DNA from: the human T2T-CHM13v2.0 reference genome, Homo sapiens
Strand: one strand, 5' to 3'
Assembly: GCF_009914755.1 (NCBI RefSeq)
Contig: NC_060929.1
DNA length: 64,000 bases
Every line of letters begins with the position of its first letter. The stretch's first letter is position 1. The translations under genes were made by a program, and so were the position numbers. The notes below the pieces were generated by a model. That model was given only the letters and a program-made list of their open reading frames with translations. It was not told where the DNA came from and did not search any database. Positions 42,480 to 56,526 of this stretch are shown piece after piece.

Positions 42480-44772
42480 TGATATGGTTTGGCTATGTCC
42501 CCACCCATATCTCAACTTGAGTTACATGTCTCAGGATTTTCCCGTGTTGTGGGAGGGACCCAGGGGAGGTAATTGAATCACGGGGGCCAGTCTTTCCCAT
42601 GCTACTCTCATGATAGTGAATAAGAGATCACGAGATCTAATAGGTTTATCAGGGGTTTCTGCTTTTGCTTATTCCTCATTTTCTCTTGCCACTGCCATGT
42701 AAGAAGTGCCCTTCACCTCCCACCATGATTCTGAGGCCTCCCCAGATATGTGGAACTATAAGTCCAATTATACCTTTTTTTCTTCCCAGTGTTGGCTATG
42801 TCTTTATCAGTAGCATAAAAACAGACTAACACAGTAAATTGGTACCAATAGAGTGGGGTATTACTGAAAAGATACCTGAAATTGTGGAAGTGACTTTGGA
42901 ACTAGGTAACAGGCAGAGAGGTTGGAACAGTTTGGAGGACTCAGAAGAAGACAGGAAAATGTGGGAAAGTTTGGAACTTCCTAGAGACTTGTTGAATGAC
43001 TTTGCCCAAAATGCTGATAGCGATATGGACAACAAAATTCAGGCTGAGGTGGTCTCAGATGGAGATGAGAAATTTGCTGAGAACTGGAATAAAGGTGGCT
43101 CTTGTTACGTGTTAGCAAAAAGACTGGTGGTGTTTTGCCCCTGCCCTAGAGATTTGTGGAACTTTGACCTTGAGAGAGATGATTTAGGGTATCTGGCAGA
43201 AGAAATTTCTAAGAAGCAAAGTGTGCAAGTGGTGACTTGGGTGCTGTTAAAAGCATTCAGTTTTATAAGGGAAGCAGAGCGTTAAAGTTTGGACAGTTTG
43301 CAGCCTGACTATGTGATGGAAAAGAAAATCACATTTTCTGGGCAGAAATTCAAGCCAGCTGCAGAAATCTGCATACGTAACAAGGAGCCTAATGTTAATC
43401 CCCAAGACCATGGGGAAAACGTCTCCAGGCTATGTCAGAGACCTTCACAGCAGCCCCTGCCATCACAGGCCCAGAGGCCCAGATGGAAAAAGTGGTTTTG
43501 TAGGCTGGGCCCTGGGTCCCCATGCTGTGTACAGCCTAGGGACTTGGTGCCCTGTGTACCAGCCGTGCCAGCCTTGGTTGAAAGGGGCCAATGTAAAGCT
43601 CAAACTGTGGCTTCAGAGGGTGGAAACCCCAAGCCTTGGCAGCTTCCATGTGGTGTTGAGCCTGCAAGTACACAGAAGTCAAGAATTGGGGTCTAGGAAC
43701 CTCTGCCTAGATTTCAGAAGATGTACGGGAATGTCTGGATGCCCAGGCAAAAGTTTGCTGCAGGGGTGGGGCCCACATGGAGAACCTCTGCTAGGGCAGT
43801 GCAGAAGGAAAATGTGGAGTTGGAGCCCCCCACACAGAGTCCCTACTGGGGCAATGCCTAGTGGAGCTGTGAGAAGAGGGCCACCATTCTCCAGACCCCA
43901 GAATGGTAGCTCTACCGACAGCTTGCACTGTGCACCTGGAAAAGCCACAGACACTCCATACCAGCTGGTGAGAGCAGCCAAGAGGGAGGCTGTACCCTGC
44001 ACAGCCATGGGGGCGGAGCTGCCCAAGACCATGGGAACCCACCTCTTGCATCAGCGTGACCTTGATGTGAGATCTGGAGTCAAAGGAGATCATTTTGGGG
44101 CTTTAAAATTTGCTCCGCTGGATTTCAAACTTGCACAGCCCTGTAACCCCTTTGTTTTGGCCAATCTCTCCCATTTAGAATGGCTGTATTTACCCAATAC
44201 CTGTACCTCCACTGTTTCTAGGAAGAAACATTGTTTCTAGCTTGCTTTTGATTTTACAGGATCATAGGTAGAAGAGAATTGCCTTGTCTCAGGTGAAACT
44301 TGGAACTGTGGACTTTTGGGTTAATGCTGAAATGAGTTAAGACTTTGGTGGACTGTTGGGAAGGCATGATTGGTTTTGAAATGTGAGGACATGAGATTTG
44401 GAGGGGCCAGGGGTGGAATGATATGGTTTAGCTGTGTTCTGCCCACCAAATCTCAACTTGAATTGTATCTCCCAGAATTCCCCCATGGTGTGGGAGGGAC
44501 AGGGGAAGGTAATTGAATCATGGGGGCCAGTCTTTCCCATGCTATTCTCGTGACGGTGAATAAGTATTACGATATCTGAAGGGTTTATCAGGCGCTTCTA
44601 CTTTTGCTTCTTCCTCATTTTCTCTTGCCACCACCATGTAAGAAGTGTCTTTTGGGTCCTTCCATGATTCTGAGGCCTCCCCAGCCATGTAGAACTATAA
44701 GTCCAATTAAACCTCTTTTTCTTTCCAGTCTCAGGTATGTCTTTACCGGCAGCATGAAAACAGACTAATACA
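42480..44772 (+). mobile_element. Complete THE1A MaLR provirus: LTR 42480-42833, internal 42834-44418, LTR 44419-44772
   Basis: Two TG...CA LTRs matching THE1A, a typical ~1.6-kb THE1-int region, and a perfect 5-bp TSD CATAC on both sides. Confidence 0.97.
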
Positions 44773-47104
44773 CATACATATTATTTGATTTGATTCTTTT
44801 TGCAGATATACTAGTTTGTATTCTAAAATGCTAATAAATGTAATTCTTTTTATTGCATTATTTAGTGAAATATGTATATAATATTACTTGCACAAATCAT
44901 AAAATTCTTAATTTGAGTATTAATGCATGTATTCCCTTGAGACTGGGCACTCAAATGGGATGATCATATTTTAATCCTGAAAACTCACATTTTTATTTTG
45001 CTAATGTGATGGATTAATAAAGAAGTCACTCTGTGCTATTTTCTGTAACTCAAACACTTATTGGGCAAAGACAAATAAGCATGAGGTATATGTTTTAAAG
45101 ATTATGAGCAAAGCATACAGTTGGCAGTTCAGCAGAAATTGAAAAAACTTATAATGCAAATATTTGCCCATGAGTTTACACATGGAACATGGCTATAATG
45201 TCAAGTAAAATGAAGGAAACCTAGCAATTAAGCGTGAATTTTAAAACAAGGGTTGTGTTTGTTATTTAACTGCTGATTTTCTGAATATTCATAGAATACA
45301 TAATTCAAACCAGAATTGGTATTTTATAAAAAAGAAATACTAGATTTTATATCATATTTTATCATTGCTTTTTTGGTAACTTCAGTGGAAATAAAATTTA
45401 AAGCTTCATAATTTATTTTTTTTTCTGTTTACATTTTTTAAAATCCTATTATGTATTATTATAGAAAGTCAAGCTCTGTATTTTTCAATAATTACTTAAG
45501 CATATTACTAAGATTCATGTCTTGAACCCCACAAAAACATTATCAAATAACTTATATGTAGGCTTCCATTTGGGAAAAAATAGAACATAATAAAAATTTT
45601 TAGTATTTTATTTAATTCATATGATTGGTTTACATATATGATCTATTATATAATTAAATCCAGTTTTAAGCATTTGTATTGTAGGCTTTTCTTGGGTCTT
45701 CTATGCAATTTCAACAGCATACTTATATTCTAGTACTTTTAAAATACTTTTCCTTTAAGGCACTAACACATCGTTTAGATGATGGCCACTAATAATGAGA
45801 CTGAACCTTGCATTTCAATTTTTTATATCCAGGCATATATGGCTCCTTTAAGAAATCTGGACTGAGAATCCAATAGCCCTCTGCTGTTTAGCCTAAGAGC
45901 TGAGCTTTAGTTGTGTTTAGGCAATAAACAAATTTCCTTTGATTCTCAGAGGATGGTGTTATAAAGATGAGTAAGAGGTTATTAATTCTCTGAAGGAACT
46001 TTTAATGTAGTCAGTTGGATAATGATTAGCATTTGAACAGAGCTTTCCTTAGTAAAGCATTTTCACACACACAGATTCAATTGGTAAGTATTTGCAGCTT
46101 GTAGTTTATGGGTGTTTGTTTGATCTCCAGATAAATCTGATGGCTTAATACAGATACATGTTTTTCTTCTGTAATCAAACTGTGACCCTGCACGTGAGAC
46201 ATGTTTTAAAAATATATGTCATTGAGCATAAAGGAAACAAGGAAATGTGGCAAGTTGAGTGTAAAACCTATCATGATTCCTCAAAAACCTACTCAAGTTA
46301 TGTTCTCATACTGTGGGCTTTTTTGTATCTTCTTATTGGAAGAATAAGCAAATGCTTACGGTGGAGTTTTTAAAACAGATTTGGGATGTTGATTAATTCT
46401 GCACAGGCCAAAAATGTAAATGCACATTTGTCATGAATTCAGGTTTGGTACACTCCCCTCCAACAAATTCAAATCATTTTCTGTTATTTTCCAATGGCCA
46501 ATGCCAAGCCTAAATTTCAGACATTTTCCTTGTAGTATGGATCATCATACTTTGGATAATTGAAAACACTTTAATGATTTACTTCAAACATTCACCAGAT
46601 AATTTTCAAGCCTTTTCCACTTTGGTTTGATTAGCCTTGTCTGAGACTGTGTCTAATATACATGAGAGGAACAAAAGAAGGAATTGTTCAGCTTGTAGTT
46701 GGCAGGAATGTTCTATTGCTGAATAAGTTCACAAGTTATGGCTGGAATGATTTGGTAATAGTTTTTCCACTGTGCATAGCCAGACAATCTCAGCCAACCA
46801 GCAGAACAGAATCTATACTGTCAAAATGGAAAAAGTAGTGGCAATTATGAAGCTGGGGGATTCTGGCAGTACATGCAGAATTTGGCTCTTTCACTTTGCC
46901 ATGAGGAGGAACATATAGGCACCAGCTATAGCAGCTTGCTCTGCTGCTGTATTGCCCGGAGAATATCTGACACTGAAGATTAATTACAAAGCCCAAGTTC
47001 TTGGTTCAGAATTCTTCATTCAAGTGCTCTGAGAACCTCTGTCAGTAAAGATTCTGACATGCATTGTTACTTCCCTATTCTGTTGACTGTATAACGGAAA
47101 AAAA

Positions 47105-47335
47105 AAAATAGCAAACATTTGTAAGCACTTATGTGCTTTTAAAAGTGTGAAATTCTCTCCATATATTAACTTAGTTAACTCTCACATTAACCCTATGAAG
47201 CTAGTACATTTTTTAGCCCTCTTTTCAAAGATAAGGAAACAGAAGTACAGAGAAATAGCCCCCAAGTACCTTGCCTGGGATTACATAGCTAATGAGTCTG
47301 ATTATAGAAACCACACTTCTACCACCATTCTTTAG
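47105..47335 (-). mobile_element. MIR SINE
   Basis: 'ctctcacattaaccctatgaag...agataaggaaacagaagtacagaga...cttgcctgggattacatagctaatg'. Confidence 0.75.
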
Positions 47336-47412
47336 TGTCTCGATATGAAGAACACAGTTCAAGAGGAAAATCTATATTCTCTTCTATAGGCCCTTAGGCC
47401 ACTTTCTATGGA

Positions 47413-47466
47413 TTTCTTTTTCTTTCTTTTCTTTTTTTTTTTTTTTTTTGATAAAATTTTTTTTTT
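47413..47466. repeat. T-rich / poly-T tract
   Basis: (TTTC)-type run followed by T18 and a second T run. Confidence 0.9.
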
Positions 47467-47849
47467 GGGAGAGTGGAGGTGGATACAGAGATATGTAATT
47501 TCCTTCTGAAGTATTAAAATAGAGAAAATAGTGTTTGCCATTTTTTGCTTTTCTGCTTCAGCATTATAATTTTATGAATGTCTAATTTTTTTAATAATGT
47601 CAGGAGTATTCGTTGTAGATTTAAAGTGAAATATGATTAGAAAATATGACAGTTTTTGTTTTTGATTGTTGGTCTTGTTAAATGTTTTAACCATAAAATT
47701 AATACTGTATGATAATTAAATAATGCCTGCATACTCTATTCATTAGATTATTATTTTTAATTAGTATTTTGCAGTCAAATGTTATAATTTAGTTATAATT
47801 TAACAGAAGTGTTTTCTGTCATCCATGTGTATATAATTAATATGTAGGT

Positions 47850-48220
47850 GAGAATTCTGGGCGTTTTATTCATTGTCACGTTCCCAGTAACCAGGAGGGT
47901 TCCTAGCACATACTCAGTTCCCAGTGAGAGTTTATTGACTATATTCATGTGTGGATGAATGATGAAGTTAAACTCCTTGAGCTTATTCAAATGTATAATT
48001 TTGCTTTTCTTTACTAAATATTCAAGTTATTGTTGATGAAGAAAGTCAATAACATAAGAAGCAGCAAGAAGCTGAGAATAACGTGCCCTTTCTCAACCCC
48101 CACCCCAAACTGACTCTTTTGAGCTCCTTGAGGAAGAGTACTTTTTCACTCATTTCTGCATTCCTAGTACTGACACAGCGTAGTGCTCTACAAGTAGCTA
48201 ACAAAGAATGAGTCAGTAAT
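47850..48220 (+). mobile_element. Two L2 3' end relics
   Basis: 'ttcctagcacata...ggatgaatgatgaa' and 'gagctccttgaggaagag...cattcctagtactgacacagcgtagtgctc'. Confidence 0.55.
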
Positions 48221-50488
48221 TGAGCAAGCTGGATGATCTAAGTTCTTACTCTTTTATTCATACCTCCTTTGAACAAGTCTCAAATGCAGAAACTGTAGTG
48301 TTTTGGGAGCATGTTACCAAAGTGTAAGGTGGGAATGAGGGGCCACACATTCCGGCGGCAACAATCTTGCATTTCTGAATTGAGTGCAGCCTCACAGGCC
48401 AAGCTCCAACTGCCCTCTGGAACTTAGAATCCTTATAGTATCAACATCAAGAGATCACTTAGCCTCTGCTTTAATACCTCCTTTGTCATGTAGATTTAGT
48501 GTAGTCTTTAGTTCCCATGACCCCAGAGTATGTTTCCCTGAGGTTGGCTCAGCCCATTCACATTTTGTTCAGCAAGCTTAGGTTTCCTGATGCAAGGTAT
48601 CCCTTTAAATATTGGAGGATAGCCTTCATTTCCAGAGGCTACTCTATACTACCACATTAGTTGCGTGTTTATATCCGTTTCTGTGATATGCTTGACTGTC
48701 TCTTCCTGATGACTGTCCTTAGAGCTGGTCCTAATATGTCTATATTAATAACTCATTGGGCTGCAAGACAAAAACAATATTGAATGATGAGTCAGTGTTA
48801 ACCTACAAAGCATCCAGTGATTTGCTATGGTATACTGTTTTCAGAAAGAATATGTACTCAGTAAATGTTCTTGAAGACTTGATTGATTGACTGATCAATA
48901 CTCATACTTCTTATGTTTTCACTCACAATACGTGGTCTTTCACATGCACTTCCTTCCTAGACATGTTCTGTGTTCACTCTTCTCTTCCATCCATGTGTAA
49001 TTTCCATCAGTATATCCTATTCCTTCATGACGAATGCCTCCCCATCCATTCATAACCTCCTGCACCATGTCCAGTCCAGTGTTTTTTGGAAAGTCTAAAG
49101 TAAATGAACTATTTTTTAAAGTTTTCTAATTTTTTTAACAGAAGCTCCATTACCTACTCCCACCTCCCCACATGATGAAACAGGGAAACAGTGCTGCAGG
49201 CATACAGTGACAACAGGACATCAGGAAATGCCCAAGAAGGTCAGCCCCACCTTAACATGATGTTTGCAGGAATTTGGACAGCACATACCAACATTTCTAA
49301 GAAACATGCAAACCAATATATCATTTGTAATTCAAAATATATGTAAGAGTTGCAATTAACAATCAGGTCTCTTTGAATATTAAAGTTATCAAGTGATGAC
49401 CATGAATAACATGATTAACACTCACAACACTATTTATCATCATATAAATGGTCATATCTTCAGTCTGTGTTTTATGTTTAAATTCCACATAAGGAAATAA
49501 GTATAATAATATCATAAATTTCAGCAATGTTTTATTTTTAAGGCTCCAAAAATATTTTAAGAAATATTTGTTGTTTGTTCAAAACCGCAAGATTTAACGT
49601 CCAAGGTATCACAATTAATGAGGTCATGTTAGAATATTCACACTTTTTATTAACAAAATCAGTTTACATTTTGATAAGTTATCTTTATATATGTCAATTG
49701 TAGGAAATTAATTTTAGTCATTAAAAAACAAAAATTTTATAAAAGATATGATAATTTAAATTCACATATTAAGACAATAGTCTTTTTTTAAAGATTGGTT
49801 TATGGTGCACAGAATTCATTCATGACATCAGAAGCATATTCATAACATAATCTTGGTTATGCCATATGTGACCATAAGAACGATCATTACCTTTAACAGC
49901 TGTGAATTCCTAACAAAGTGAAAACATGCATAGTCAAGGTCAATAATTTTTTTTATTGCAATTTTCCATTTTCCCATCATCAAAGGCTGTCAGTACAGGT
50001 TTCTTTGGTCTCAGTATTTTTCTGCGTATAAAAGAACTTGGGTTTATTGCTCATTATGCTCTGGTGCTTCTGGGACAATCATTTCAACACCTTAATCTAT
50101 GTAAGACTCTAGTTATTTTTTGTGTTAAATATGGATACCAAATTTTTCCACTTGTAGATAAAACCTGAAAGATGCCATGATTAGTCAACTATTGGATTTT
50201 AAGAATAAATCTGTTATATCTAAAATCAAATATAAAAGATGTCTGGATAATGTCAAATATTAGAGATATATTAACATGTTTACAATTACTGTTTTTCTTT
50301 AATCAGTTGCATTCTTTTGTCATGCATTTGACAACACTCTATTTGAATGAATTCTCATGAGTAGTGTTGATTTTGTTGTTGAGTGCCATTAAATAAAATT
50401 TCTATATTAGCATATAGTGATTTTAAGAATGTAATAAGTAAACTATTTTTAGTTTTGAGATTATAGTAATTATACTGTTTTTTAACAG

Positions 50489-50612
50489 TTTGTTAGGTGC
50501 TGTGTCATGAATCAAGTCTTCATTTTAATGTGTTCTAATTGTTGTAAAACAAGAGGGAATGGTATTTGGAATTTAGCTATATTTATCTTCTCAATCAAAT
50601 TCTACTTCAGAG
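50489..50612 (+). other. Candidate 124-nt exon (unverified)
   Basis: Acceptor tatactgttttttaacag|TT, donor GAG|gtaagt, and one open frame throughout. Confidence 0.25.
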
Positions 50613-51814
50613 GTAAGTAAAAAAGAAGTTATAGCAAATCACATAAAATGGACAAAAAAGGTATACTGAAAAGAAAATAAATTGTTGATTATCTCAGGAT
50701 AAAGAGGAAAAAGTAAATTTAAAAGTCTGCCTGTGTCTGTTATTGCTAAGAGAGACCAATGGATAAATACTTGGGATTCTTATTTTTTTTGTTTCCTTTC
50801 CTTTTTTTTTTAATCAATTATGTGAATTCACCTCGAAGCTATACAACTCTGATATTAACTTGCCAATTAGCAGTTTGCCAAGTCACTTATTCAACTTGAA
50901 TTCCTGAGACCTTATTCAATGGAATTCATAAGACGTTCACCTGACCTAAAGGACCAGAAAATTCAAGACATAGTGTCCATGTATTCTGTTTGACATGACT
51001 TTTATGCAAAAAGTCAGAACAAAAAGTGCTGTAGGCCCAGCTTTTCCCACTGGAATAAAGTCTTGATGGTCTATAAACAGACAGTATCCTTCTTTATCTA
51101 GAAGAAATTACATGGGCATAGATTGATAACTCATGTTGTTTGGGGATGAAAAGTGTCTGCCACATTGGCAATGTATTCAGAAGCAATCCTCTGTACATAT
51201 TACGTGATGCCCCACACATAATTTCCTAAAGTCAAGTATTTTGTGCCCTTTAGATTGCCGCTGCACTTATCAGACAGACACATCTCTCAAACATAGTTCT
51301 AATTTTTCTTGAAAAAAGAATCAGATCTAAATATTTAACTGTTTGAGCTGAGTTCAGTTGAATAAAAATGATGAATTGACTGTTGAAGTAATTATAAAGT
51401 TGACTAGGAAAAATAATAGTATGGAATGTGCAATGTCTTTCCATATTTATTATAGGGGCTATACATTTTGTTAAAATACAAGAAGTATTTGTTGCATTGG
51501 CAAAAGAGAGAATCAACCATTTAATGTTACTATTGATTTCAATCACAGAGCTAGTTCTGGAGAATTGAAAACATCATAGGTTAATCGACTAGCAGTTGTC
51601 ACTCAAAATGGTTTGTTGCTATACTAGCATACTAATGAAAATTACATACCCAAATAAAGAGGAAGTAAGAAAACATGAGGAACTGATGAATCTCAGGAAT
51701 GCAAAAATTTCTCCTAAGAATCTATATTAAAATATAGTAAAGCAGTTGTTTGATATCTTTATCATTTTTGTCAAACCAAAAATTAACAGTCTAAACTAAT
51801 CTAATCAATTAATT

Positions 51815-52050
51815 ATTTTACTCAGTAGTTATTGAACATGCACTTTGCACTATGCACTGTGCTAGAAAAAAGAAATATAAAGATTAATAAGACACAGTTC
51901 TACCCATGATATGTTCACAGTCAAGTAGAAGACTAAAACAATGTAATACAAGAGTAAATCAATGTTTACGTAAAAATAATTGTTTTCTGCCTGAGTTGGA
52001 GGTAGGTCAGAGAGAATATGAAAGTTAATAAATTGAGTTTTATGAAATAA
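51815..52050 (-). mobile_element. L2 3' end relic
   Basis: 'ttattgaacatgcactttgcactatgcactgtgctag...ataagacacagttctaccc'. Confidence 0.6.
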
Positions 52051-52679
52051 GAATGTATAGTGTTATTAGAGCGGAGCTAAAATTAATGTGCCTCAAAAAC
52101 TGGAATAAGTATTGTTTGTTAACTGAATTTGTAAAGAAAGATTCACAATAAATTGGCAAGTCATGGTAAAGTTTGGTGTTTCTGTGAAATGGAAAGAAGA
52201 CGAAAAATGCAGACCAGAACTTTTGCAAGATTGTGGAATTCCATAATAACATAGTGCATAAAATTAATCTTTAATTTATTTATCACGAAGAGTGACCTTG
52301 AATATTATAACAGCAAAGAATTATGGAGCATTGTAACACCAAAGCCAGAAGTTGTAATGGTGAAACAGGCAGACGAGCTTCATGATTATGTTGCAATGCT
52401 CCACAAATGGGTACAGTGATTGATGACCTGCAGGAAAATGTGCTTATGAGGTGAGGTTGCTTGATTTTGTTGTCAAATCAAAACAACTATAGATATTATT
52501 CCTGAGAAGCATTCTTTAACCTGGCCTTAATCAGAAAATAAGTAGTTCTGTGATGTAGGTCAGTGAACTTGCTGTGATAGCAATGATGTATGTGAAAATA
52601 CCAGAGAGTACTACATTTTGTTATTGTTGTTAAAATGTTGTCTGTCAAGGTTCTATGTATGGAACAGATAAATTTACAT

Positions 52680-54330
52680 TTCCTCTTCTACCTCTCTGGC
52701 CACCTCTCCTTAGTGTGTTTTGCTGGGTCCTTGCTTCCTCAGCTGCTAAATGTTACAGGGTCCCAATACTCAGAGCAAGCCTTGTCTCTCCCTAGTTTAC
52801 TCCCCCTCCACCTGTTTCTCTCTTTGCTCCCCATCCCAGCTCTTTTTGCTGATCTCATCCAGCCCATAGCTTTACATACCAACTATATATGAATGAATTC
52901 CAACTTTGTATCATTAGCTTCTCCCCATCGTCTCCATTGGATGTTTAATAAGCATCTTAAAATAAACACATAGAAAGCAGAACTTCAGAATCAATACCCA
53001 GGCCCATAATTCTCTTTCTCCTTTAGTTTTCTCTATGTCAGTAAATCACTCCCTCATCAAACAAATTGCTTGGACCAAAACTCTGGGTAGTGTTCTCCTT
53101 TAGAAAGTTTTGTCACATGTTCCTCCAAAATCCTGAGTCCTTCTTTTCACTATCTTCACTACTTGCAACTTTTCAGTCCTCATCTTTTAATTAGACTGCC
53201 CTTATATGAATTCCTTACCAAACTCTACTCCTTCTTTTGCTTTCTTACAATTCACTTTTCTCAGAGCAGCAAAAATAAGGGGGATTTTTTTGAAATATAA
53301 AGGGATTCATGCTATTCTACATTGAAAACTTTTGCCACTTGCCATTGCCACCTGGGCTTCTTCCTGCTGCTTGTCTTGGAGGTCTCTATTTTGTGATCAG
53401 TCTGTTTACCTTGTGATCATTCCCCTGTGATCTGTTTACCTTGTAATCAAACCCTGTGATCTCTTCTCAGCCAGAGCTAATCTCGTCTCAGTCTCTGATC
53501 CCCCTGTCCAGTACTCTACTATACAAGCTGTGTTTTGGGTCTCAAGCTCATTTCCACTTGATAAAATTAGGCTTTGCATCCCAACCTAAATCTCTTCATG
53601 AATTTTAATCCCCATAATCCCCGTAATCCACATGTGTCAGGGGAGAGACCAGGTGGGGGTAAATGGATTATGGGGGCAGTTTCCCCAGTGCTGTTCTCAT
53701 GATAGTGAGTGAGTTCTCATGAGATCTGATGGTGTTGTAAGGGGCTCTTCCTACTTTGTACTTTGGTTAGCACATCTCCTTTCTGCCACCTTGTAAAGAA
53801 GGTGCCTTGCTTCCCCCTGGCCTTCACCATGATTGTAAGTTTCCTCAGGCCTCCCCAGCCATGCTGAAGTGTAAGTCAATTGAACCTCTTTCCTTTATAA
53901 ATGACCAAGTCTTGGGCAGTTCTTTTAGAGCAACAGGAAAACAGACTAATACAACATCTTTGGCCTTTTCCACTTAGCATGCACAAACTGGCTCACTGTA
54001 TTATTTCAGTTCCATTTCATGTCACCTTTTTCAGAGGTGTCTTTGCTGATCACTTGACCTGAGCATTAGCCGTTCATGTGCATCTCTCCCACTCACACAC
54101 TTAGTCTCTTGGTGCAATTCTATGTCTGACAATACTACCTGTAGTTTTTTCCATGGCACTTATCACTTTATGAATTCTTGTTTGTGTGTTTCTTTTCTTC
54201 TTTGCTGACTGCCTCCTCCTGTCAAATTTAAGCCCCTTAAGAGCATGAGTCTCATCTCCCTTTTTTATTTCTGAGACCTCAATATCTAGAAAAGTAATGG
54301 CACAATAAGTGTGTATGGAGTGAAGGAAGG
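52680..54330 (+). mobile_element. L2 LINE (L2a-like), interrupted by a THE1D LTR
   Basis: 'tgatctcatccagcccatagcttta', 'ttggatgtttaataagcatcttaaa', 'catggcacttatcac...aagccccttaagagca'. Confidence 0.8.
53559..53953 (+). mobile_element. THE1D-like solo LTR
   Basis: 'ttaggctttg...ccccataatcccc...gggagagaccaggtgg...gactaataca'. Confidence 0.9.
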
Positions 54331-54442
54331 AGATTCTACAGTTAGTTCTTGTTTTCTATCTTTAGAAACTTTAAAGAGATTACCAGTATATATATTTTAA
54401 GAGATACACAGAGCTGAAGTTGTGTCTTATTCATTACTCTAA

Positions 54443-54823
<381 letters not shown>

Positions 54824-55446
54824 ACAAGTTGGCATTTCATATTTTAGCTACTTCTTGCACTCTTTAAATCCTGTACTTTTTACATTATTTCTTTTTTGTT
54901 CTTTAAAAGACTATGTGTCAAAAAGGAATTTGATTTGCAGAAACTAAATGTTAGCACTTTGAAACAATGCAGTAGGGAGAGAGAACAATAAAAATGTGTA
55001 ATTTTCTACTTATAAACACAACACATTTTATGTCTTGGAATTAGGGATTAATTTATGAATTTTTTTTCACAAAAACGAAAGGTAATATAAAGTAATGTAT
55101 TGACTTCAGACGCATTTTATTATTTTCAACTATTTACAGAATATACCACCACTTGAAAATGTACTGTTACTACAGTTATTTTAGGATAGAAAGAGAAGAA
55201 GAAAGAAAATGTTATAGTCATTAGATTCCTCAGTGAGGAAAGAAAAAAACATATAAAAGGGGAAAGATTTTATAATGGCAACAGTATCAAGAGACAACAT
55301 TAATTAATATGAATAAATTATATCTACCACTCCTAGATTTTTCTTGGTAGTTTTATGTAATTATCTATGTCCTAATTCATTCCTACTAATCAGGATTCTA
55401 CCTATATAAATAAACTGATTGCCTAGCACAAAGTGGGAGGTACTTC

Positions 55447-55640
55447 AGTGTAATTATTAGAACATGGATTTTGGGTTTAGAATACCTGGCTTTGAAACCC
55501 AGCTTCGCTACTTACTAGTTATGTGGCTTGGGCACATTACTCAGTTTCTTCTTGTGCAAAATGAGGATTAATTGGTAAATACCTACCTTATGCCGTTGTT
55601 TTGAGCATTACATATGGAAATGTTAGCTAATATAGTATTA
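55447..55640 (+). mobile_element. MIR
   Basis: 'cccagcttcgctacttactagttatgtggcttgggcacattactcagtttc...aaaatgagga'. Confidence 0.75.
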
Positions 55641-56526
55641 CTCTATTTATTATTATCTTTACCCTTACCCATGTTATCATATATTATTAGCTCTTGTCTT
55701 TACCATGTCATAGACCTCAAAGTTTATATTAGAACGAAAAGTAATTGCATTAATTTGCCATGGATTCATTAGACATCCAGAGCAGCAGTGTTTTCCAATG
55801 TAGGTAAATGGGTGTTACACCGAGGAAAAGCAGACTTATTTTAAAATTTGATAACTACTGAGTTAAATACGTTTAGTCAGGACTTTTCAGTGCCTTTAAA
55901 ATGTGAATAAGGATGAATATGTTAATGAGCTTGATTTAATCATTCTACATAATATATAATAATATATTATTTGTATATAACAACTATTAATGTAGAGATA
56001 CATAACAACTGTAGGTTTTTAATTTTTTACAATTGTATGCTTAATGTTTGTGTGATTAAAAAGTTAAAAAATGTTAATATGCATCACTATCTTCCCAAGG
56101 GACATAAATTGTGCAAGATTTTTCACAGTGGGGTATTTTTCCACAGAGGCTCTGCTGCTCTTAATTCACAGATAAGGAAAGAATGACTGATTAGGAAGAG
56201 AACATTCTTATGGTCAGGTTAGGGATCCTTTCTGCAGTATTAAAGAAACACATCTTTGAACTTGAAAAGCTTTAGTTTTTCATCATTACACTCATATAAA
56301 ATGGATAACAGGATTTAAGATGAAACCGAAAGTAAGATATAATTTAGACCTGGCTTGTTTCACTCATATTTGAAAGAGACCTCTTCCTGTGGCTTAAGTA
56401 AACCAAATAGAGTGATTAAAGAGTATTGGTATGCTATGTATGTAGAACAAAACTGATCATGCCTCCATTTGCCTTTTCCAGTAATATATTTTGCTTCAGT
56501 AAAATGTTTCTACTTCTAAAAGAGAT

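Noticed and set aside
42839-44240. 148-, 135- and 282-aa ORFs, the longest in the window
   Set aside because: They lie wholly in the THE1A internal region, where such decayed or GC-driven ORFs are common. No evidence of function.
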